Origin: Proteromonas lacertae
Taxonomy: Eukaryota
DNA: 20,000 nucleotides
Reading direction: 5' to 3'
Assembly (NCBI GenBank): GCA_002245135.1
Contig: NGBS01000603.1
Location: forward strand, 122,980-142,979
The position numbers and the translations under genes were made by a program. Below, in pieces: positions 12,301 through 20,000 of this stretch. Numbering within the stretch: position 1 is the stretch's first letter; each line of letters begins with the position of its first letter. Below the pieces are notes generated by a model that had not been told where the DNA came from, searched no databases, and saw nothing but the letters and a program-made list of their open reading frames with translations.

Positions 12301-15300
12301 AATCAGCTGTTAATAATATTTCACCATCATCACTAATTGTTTTAGTAAAGATCTTAAATGAAGAATCAACATGATTATTACTTCTAAACTGCACATTACT
12401 CACTATTGTTTCTACTGAAGTGTTATAAACTAATGATTTAAAGGCATCTCTATCAAATGATCCTTTTATCTTTAATAATTGACATAAATGGTCAAAACTT
12501 CCATAAGCTCGAAGAACTGGTCTGGAAATATCTTCAAAAAAGGTATATCTACTATAGAATCTACCTTTCAATTTATTTATCATGGCAATAGATCTTTCAT
12601 CATCAGGATTTTCAGTATCAACATAATAATGACCAATAAATTTATCACCCAAATCCAATATTTGTTTTTGGCTTAAAACTGTATTTAATGTCACATATTC
12701 TGGAGGTTTCATGTCTAATTCATTCATCACTTCGATTAAAGCTTGAGCAGATGGACCTTCAAGCATTGATACTATTAATGCTCCATTTCCTGTTTTTCTT
12801 TGAATTAAAGTTACTAGATTCTTTAAGTCAGAACAGCCAAGTGGAATGTCTAATTCATAATCAAATGAATCATAAAACATTGATAAATCATATTTTATTT
12901 TATTGGTTAATGTTTCAGAATAAACTGTTCGGGAGTGGATTAAAACTTTCTTATCTTTTTGATGATCTCTTATCCAGTATAACAATATTGACTAACAAAA
13001 ATATAATTCATTTATATAGAGTATAATATATATACATAGGAATTAGCTGGTAAACCATAATAAAAACATTTTGATAAACATTCACCTCCTTCATAATCAT
13101 TTGGAACTAATAATGTTCCATTCATTTCCTTTAATACTTCATTTATCGCTATTCTAATACTCTTTTCCCAACCACCAAAATAATAGGTTATTTCGTATTT
13201 TTTAAATACTTCTTTTATTCTTTTTTTGACTGTTTCTTCATCATCTCCATCTGTAAATACATATAGTAGAATCTTTTTACCATTTACTCCTCCATTATTA
13301 TTATAATCAGTTACAGCTGTTTCTAAACCAATTAAATATCTAATTGAACTTTGGAAATATTCATCTTTGTAGGGAAGTATTACTCCAAACATTTCGGCTG
13401 AAACTAAATACTTTTCTCCTAAACCATCTCTCCAGTTACATTCATATAGTTCAGATGGATTGAATTCTAAATAGTAAGATTTTGGTTCATAAGATTGAGT
13501 AATTACACCTTCAAAATCAATATTTCCACTATTTTCATTTATTCTACCTATAAAAAATGGTAAATACATTCGATTATTTGGATCAAATGAAGTATTTCCC
13601 AATATGTAGGCAGTTCGACTATTATATACTTGTTTTCTTATATCTCCTACATTAAATGAATTACTTTCTTTAAGTATTTTTGATAAGTGTAATGTGATTG
13701 TATAGATAGAAGCATCATAAAAATTGGGAAATATATCATATCTTGAATTTGCATTTTGAAATAATTCTACATATCTCATGCTTTCCACATTAATATTATT
13801 AATAAATGAACTAATAACATTAATACCTCCACCATTCACATTATCAAAATGACTATGGGATTGATCATACAAATAAATTGAATAGGTATTGACACATTCT
13901 TCTCTAGATTCAAATCTTTTACAAATTTTATTATTATATGCTTCAAATAACATTTCAGTTACTTTGGATGTAAAGAAAGCAATTATTTTACCACCATCAA
14001 TCATCAGAAAATAAGATTTTACAATACAATCATACATATCTTTTACTGTATTTCTTGGACTTACTTTACACGATAATACAATTTCACTGTCAAATGCATT
14101 TAACATTGACTTCAGTATTTTTACTCGACTATCATAAAATCCATCATCATAGTATATAATTGACATTTTGGTTCTTTTCAATGTAGATAAGTATATTCCA
14201 AATGGATATATCTCTTGATTTGGTGTTCCAGTTGCATAGTATATTGCTTCTTCACAAGTATTACCAATAGAATTTGCTGTATAAAAGAACAAAATATTGC
14301 TGCTAGACAGTGAAGGAACCATGTAATTCTTTGTATTATCATTACATCCACCTATTATTAAATCAATTCCTCTTTTTTGTAATCTAATGACAAGATCAGA
14401 TGCTTTTTCTTGATCAGATGGACAATCATGTAATTCACTTCTTATATATCTATTCTTTATACTTGATTCATCATTGATTTGAGATCTTAATTGAATTATT
14501 GAAACATAACTATAGAAGTAATGTTCTTCTTTTATATTGCTTATATCCAATACATAAGCTATTCCTATCATTTCAATCTCTTTCATTACTTTTGCAGGTC
14601 GAATTGAATAATCACTATCAACATATACATTATTATGAATTAAATATAAATATGGTTCTGGCATTATTGGATTTTCTATCTCAGCATAAAGAATATTAGA
14701 ACCTTTCACTTTCTGTATTGCGTAAATTGGAAAACTCATATAGTTATTTTTGAATAGTGTTGTTTTACCTAATGGAGATGAAACTGGATGAGAATAGAAG
14801 TAATTTCTCAAATTAAATACACTGTTTCGATCAATACCTTCATTTAAGGCATTTTTCATCATTATTAAAGAAATATAAAATGAAATCTGCATATTACTCA
14901 ATAATGAGTTTGAATCTCCTTTATAAGTGTCAATAAATTTCTTTAATTCTTTATTCTCTTTATTATCTAATCCAATAAAGTAACAAGAAGCAAAATATAA
15001 TCCTTCGGCATTTGTTTTATTCTTAAACATTGTTTCTACACAATCAACTACATAGATTGATATTTTATTTTTTGGATAATCTTCTTTAAATGTTGAAATA
15101 AATGTTTCAGTATAATTATCTATTGATAGATACAAAAAGTAATCAACATAATCTGGTTTTGTTATATTCTCTATCTTTTCACAAATGTCATTCCAATCAT
15201 CATTAAATGGATCTACATCAATTCCATATGTATGTCCTTTCACAGATTTAGCTAATTCTTCTGCATATTTGAATGAGTTTATTGAATCTCTACAACAAAT

Positions 15301-16039
15301 ATTAAAATAAGATTATAAATATATATACTGACTATTTGATAAATAAACAAATAATATTGTTTGATTCTTAGCTACTTGAGTTAAAATATTCCATTCTAAT
15401 CTTTGATTAGGTATTGTGTTTATCATTAGTATATTCTCATATGAAACTTCTCCACCTGATGGAGATAATGAGAATAATAATTTCTTTTGATTTACCAATA
15501 TATCAGCTATTGTATCTCTTTCTTCTTTCCATTGACTTCCACAATAACATAAAATATCTTCTTTATCTTTACCTAATTCTGTTACTTCTTTCTTCAAGTT
15601 CTTTCAATGTTGAATAATGGATATATTCAGGTAAGATTTCTCTTCCACCTATTCCACCATCTTGATTAATCATATCAAATATAACTGTATAATAATCCAT
15701 TAAGGTATTATCATCACTTGAATATCTATTATAAACCATTACTATTTTATAGGAATTGAATTTTGATATTATAATTTTATCTTTTGAATATTCACAGGTT
15801 AATGATTTGTTATAAAATGAATAAACTCTTTGATTAGATAGTTGATTCAAAATATTCTCTGATTTTATTGGATATATTGAACTTTTCACTTGAAACATTC
15901 CTAATTTGCCTTGAGCAAAACCATTATAATATACTTCATATTGATTATATGCAGGATTTTTAACTGATTGATGGTATATATAATTCTTATAAACTGATGG
16001 TAAAAAAGAGGAAGATGATTCGATTGACTAGTATAAAGA

Positions 16040-16075
<36 letters not shown>

Positions 16076-18176
16076 TTGAATAAGTAATGAAAATAGATTA
16101 TGAATTAAACCAAGTTGAGTGAATAAAGGATTTGTTCTTCTGGTTATTTTAAACATATCATTTCTAAATGGATCTAAGATTGTGAATTCATATTAGTGTT
16201 ACTGTGACCAAGAAATATAACATCATTATACATATCAACTTTAGGATTATGTCTATTTTCATCAAGAGTAAGTTCATCAAATAAGTATGAAATAATTGTA
16301 AAGTTATTTGAATAAGGTCATTCCTTTATCATAAAAAGTAGGAAATAAAATATCAAGGAATGTCTTTTTAACAACTAAAATGATTGCTGTTCTGTTATAT
16401 TCACCTATGGGCATTTCATTTATTTGTTTTGTTATATTAATTGCTTCATCTTTACTTGCTTTTAACATATCATAATATCCTATTTTCACTTTACTATATC
16501 CTCTGGAATTTAATTCTTCTGTTACGATATTTCGACTAGTTTTACCAAAAAATAAAGTTGCACCAACAATAAATACTCTATCATAATTGTTTTTCAATAT
16601 ATATTCAGCTGTTAATGAAGCATATGAACTTGTTATAAAATCACCAAATATCACATTCTTGAAACATCTTTCACCTGGAGTTTGACCTATATAGAATAAT
16701 TGAATATCATAATCATATAAAGCATCAGAAAATTCAACCATTTTCTCATAATCAACAACTATGAAGATTGTATGAAGATAAGATGTATGGTAAAATTCTA
16801 ATATTTCATTTACTACATCATTTGTCTTTCTACTTACATCTAAAATCAATTGAGTTAATTTTCTTCCTATTACATAACCAGCTTCAGATATCATTTTGTC
16901 TATATACAATCTAATAAATTTGTTTTTATAAGTAGACGTGTCTAATATAAAACCAATTGGTAATGAATCAACTGTTGATATTCCATCAATTGGATTTGAT
17001 TTAAAATTACATGCTTGTTGTTTCGATTATACCATAATAACCACTCACTTCAAAATCAATATCATATGGAATAGTAAATGTTTGTACATATTTTCCTGTT
17101 GTACCAATAATTGTACAAATTGACATTGATAAAGTAATGAAGTGATTTGGTAAAATATACAATTCACCACCTGGATATGGTAATGGTTTGTTATACATAA
17201 ACGGTAAAAGATATTTTATCTTAGTGGTTGGATATTTCTTGCTTGGTTTCAACAAATCCATCTAACACACCTGCTAATACAGCATATTCATACCCTGAAG
17301 CGTCATCAAATATTGAAGTGTAATTATTTTGATATTCTTTTGTTATGATTAAGCCTTCTTTACCTGTATAACCAGTAATTAACATATTATAAACATTGTA
17401 ATCTCCTATATCAGGCTCACTAAATTTATTATAGTCTAAAAATCCAGGCAAATAGTATATTGGATATTTATCTGATGTTTCTGATATGGATGTGAGAAAA
17501 TCTTATTCTTCTCTTCAGAATTTTAGCAATTTTATTACTATCACTTACTCCCATTAGCGTTACAACAGTTGAAGTAATTCTTACTAATTGTTTTACTCAA
17601 ATACTCTTCTATTACCTCATCAGTCAGGGTTACATTTGACGAATAGATTATTTTTACTCCAAATAAGCTAGCTGTTGATGTGAGTCGGTCTAAATAGAAA
17701 CTGTCTATTTCAGAACCACTATCAAACACAAGACTCACATTACCATCATAATTAATTCCTATTTGAGTGAAAACTATAAATGAGAATAGAATAATATTAT
17801 TATCATACCATTTTCGATAAGTGGTATAACCGACACACCACTTATGATACTTCTTGAGCATCTACCAACACTATATGCATTAGTACACATCACAAGTATT
17901 TTAGTATTAACTAAAGCATCTGCCTTGAGAGTTGTAAACATCATTGTTACATCTCATCACAATCATTTCTATTCCATCATCCTCTGCATTGTTAAATTCA
18001 TTGGAATAATCATGAGAATTATCATCGATTAATGAGAGTAATGTCGAAGAGTCGGATGATAAACATTGTAGGGCTTCAGAAAGTCAGTATAAATTTGGTC
18101 GTTTGCATTACCTAAGTAGGCTATTTTAGGTACATTTAAATTTTACCAGGAGGCTTAAGAATAATAAAAATAGCAT
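6385..18176 (-). CDS. Giant class C (GABA-B-like) GPCR with signal peptide, nine tandem UrtA/AmiC-like periplasmic-binding domains, 7TM and Ser/Thr-rich tail (spliced; 5' third interrupted by small indels)
   Basis: In-frame introns at 6912-6945, 12992-13035, 15290-15328, 16028-16075 and 17774-17808 join ORFs 6385-6885, 6920-12985, 13012-15243 and upstream fragments. Class C 7TM motifs IIKASSPLF, KAWRIHKLF and LAWKTRK..EFNESK. Repeated INxxGGxxG and LFFY..G..C...G..PNQ motifs about every 1.15-1.2 kb. Putative start ATG at 18176 (MLFLLFLSLLVKFKC, then KIAYLG after an indel). The start position is less certain than the rest. Confidence 0.85.
6780..7565 (-). other. Class C 7TM domain (7tm_3-like) of the giant receptor
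   Basis: Seven hydrophobic segments from VLKILVMVLMIILILISIVTLVCVL to GIGVELGVIAVLVLQFASK. TM3-start Cys (DVIC) and ECL2 Cys (IRECSE). TM3 Lys (KAWR) and TM6-proximal Glu (NESK) typical of class C receptors. Confidence 0.9.
6912..6945 (-). other. Spliceosomal intron, 34 nt, within TM6 of the GPCR
   Basis: GTATAT...AATAG on -. Removal gives IIGIM-IIVGILEIPLNL, restoring TM6 and TM7 in frame. Confidence 0.85.
12992..13035 (-). other. Spliceosomal intron, 44 nt
   Basis: GTATAT...TGTTAG on -. Joins GLPANSY to SILLYWIRD, linking the 743-aa and 2021-aa ORFs. Confidence 0.85.
16028..16075 (-). other. Spliceosomal intron, 48 nt, mostly a (TA)n microsatellite (16044-16074)
   Basis: GTATATATA...TACTAG on -. 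The downstream exon is in frame with ORF 15569-15898. Confidence 0.8.
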
Positions 18177-18770
18177 TAGAAATTAATTATTTTGTGTCAA
18201 ACCTATAAAATCTTTTGTTGCAAAGCATTAAAAATCTCATACTATGTATATGAAATATATAATCAATAGATTTTAATTTTATTTTTAACTTTTTTATGTA
18301 TGTACTACTAACAACTGAGGAGTAAATAATATTTATCAGAACATTTCGAATATACACATTAGTAGTAGTTGTTATATAATAGTAAATATTATTATATATG
18401 TATCGCATGTTTTTAGTAACACTTTAAGTAGATTGATAATTAACGCGAACAGAAGAGATAGCATCAATGCATTATATTTATATATGTACTTAATGATTCT
18501 ATATTTGAATTATGTTAAAATACAATAACAGAAACTCTTAATAATTGAACAATTGTTACAATCTTTAGGCCGTTAAAAATTAATCAATTAATAATAATAC
18601 TATGTAGCGAAGGATTGATTTTATATGTTAATATAATAAGAATATTATTAAGGCGAGGATTTAATGTTTAATTGCTGTTAATTAAAGATTTGATTATTTA
18701 AAACATTATAACTTATTGTATAAATAATACAATTTAAAACACATAATAGAAATTATTTTTCAATTATTCT

Positions 18771-20000
18771 CTAAATATTTTTCTCATCACAACTAAAGAC
18801 ACTACCAACATAACTAAAGGATAAAAGTACCATTAAATGGTGTATAACATACTTTGTATTAGCTTCATTAACCTTCTTACCAACTACATGAAAACGACAA
18901 GTTTCAGTAACATAAACTTTTATCCAACTTCCAACTTTATTTTCTTCATCAATATCAACTAATACTTTAATATAGCTCTTAGTATGACAAACATTATGCT
19001 TTCCATCAATTTCATTTGAAACAAATACATCTAAATATTTATGTAATAATCCTTTATAAGGTAAATATTGATTAAATAATGCACTAATTTCTCTACTTCT
19101 TTCTTTTACTATTTTTCTATCAACTCTTTTCATTAAAGCACCTGGAGTAGCCTTTACGTGGATAATATTGAGATATATTGACAATAGGAAATTCATATTC
19201 TTTTAGTAGATTAACACTCTCTCTATGATCTTCTTCTGTTTCACCACCTAAAACCACAGATTATATCAGTTGCAATAGTGATACCTCCTTACTTTACTAA
19301 TCATATAATCAACCAAATCTCTGAATAATTCTATTTTATATTGTCTATTCATTAATTCTAATACATTATTACTTCCTGATTGAACTGGAATATGTAAAAA
19401 TGAGGAAAACTTCTTGGATGATTCAATATCTCAGCCATTTCTTTTTTGTATTTAGCTATATATGGTGGATTTGTCATTCCTACTCTTAACATCATATTCT
19501 AATAACAATAATAATAATATATTACATTTATAAGTATATACATCTGGTAATAATTTAATAATTTCTTTCAATAATGCAGGTAAATTAGTTCCAATATCTT
19601 GACCATAAGCACCAGTATCTTCACTACTAATCCATATCTCACTCACTATCCCTTTCTTTAACTGTTTCTTTTACTCTATCCAATATCATTTTCTGGCGGA
19701 TAACTCTTCAAAGTACCTCGTGCAAATCTAGTTTTACAGAATGTACACTTTCCTAAACATCCACTGGATAGAATAAGTATTTCTACTTTTTCATTTTTTC
19801 TTACTTTTGGAAGTATAAGAGATGGATTTTTTCTTGTTTCATATATTTTGTATTGTATTACCTTTCAATGTTTCTTCTACAACTTCAACAACTCTGTCAA
19901 TTTGATGAGTCCCAATTGTTGATAGATTCTTTAATACCTCTATACTTCGATCAGCTTGAGGAACAAACCACAAATAATTACTTTTTTGTTCTTTTGTTTG
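18771..20000 (-). CDS. CDKAL1: Threonylcarbamoyladenosine tRNA methylthiotransferase (CDKAL1/e-MtaB; radical SAM + TRAM), 5'-truncated by the window edge, with introns and several frameshifts
   Basis: Radical-SAM motif [16 protein letters not shown] (CxxxCxxC at 19736-19759), [28 protein letters not shown] (after intron 19499-19541), [33 protein letters not shown], and TRAM-like [20 protein letters not shown]. Confidence 0.88.

Larger units (their letters stand above)
7600..18130 (-). repeat. Nine tandem ~380-aa periplasmic-binding-protein type I (Venus flytrap) protein repeats
   Basis: Repeat-ending linker residues at ~7601 (FECEM), 8780 (FRCDW), 9950 (YVCNF), 11084 (MMCSF), 12230 (QRCDI), 13438 (YECNW), 14614 (VDSDY), 15794 (LTCEY) and 17009 (QACNF). 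Spacing is 1.13-1.22 kb. The repeats are recognisable only at protein-motif level. Confidence 0.8.

Noticed and set aside
6920..12985. Treating the 2021-aa ORF as a stand-alone (possibly bacterial) protein
   Set aside because: It starts at a TTG in the middle of a repeat and ends inside TM6. Canonical introns at both ends join it in frame to the flanking ORFs.
7510..18032. Short plus-strand ORFs overlapping the GPCR gene
   Set aside because: Antisense to a well-supported coding sequence, short and motif-free.
15590..18130. Programmed ribosomal frameshifting in the 5' part of the GPCR
   Set aside because: No common slippery motif at the shift sites, and the adjacent CDKAL1 shows the same damage.
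18187..18408. 73-aa minus-strand ORF upstream of the GPCR start
   Set aside because: AT-rich Ile/Tyr/Asn/Lys composition typical of intergenic DNA. It probably lies in the promoter/5' UTR region.
207..20000. Stop-codon reassignment (ciliate-type code) or polyadenylation-created stop codons
   Set aside because: Long exons are free of in-frame TAA/TAG/TGA, interruptions are explained by introns or frame switches, and the genes end in genomically encoded TAA or TAG.
1..20000. CRISPR arrays, mobile elements, tRNA or rRNA genes
   Set aside because: None seen. The only nucleotide-level repeats I could find are short (TA)n tracts and coding trinucleotide runs.

Overview
AT-rich eukaryotic (protist-like) genomic DNA in the standard code, with very short spliceosomal introns (26-52 nt, essentially all GTAT...TAG). 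It contains three tandem paralogous RGS (regulator of G-protein signalling) genes on + (207-6236). Tail-to-tail with them on - is one giant gene (~6385-18176, roughly 3,800-3,900 aa after splicing and indel correction). It encodes a class C / GABA-B-like 7TM receptor whose ectodomain is a signal peptide plus nine tandem bacterial UrtA/AmiC-like periplasmic-binding (Venus flytrap) modules. The window ends in a 5'-truncated CDKAL1/MtaB-type radical-SAM tRNA methylthiotransferase gene on -. The ORF track fragments all five genes because of introns, and from about 15.6 kb onward because of scattered small indels that look like sequencing errors. The main novelty candidate is the nine-flytrap GPCR physically clustered with a divergent RGS triplet. 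All family assignments are from motif recognition by eye, not database searches.
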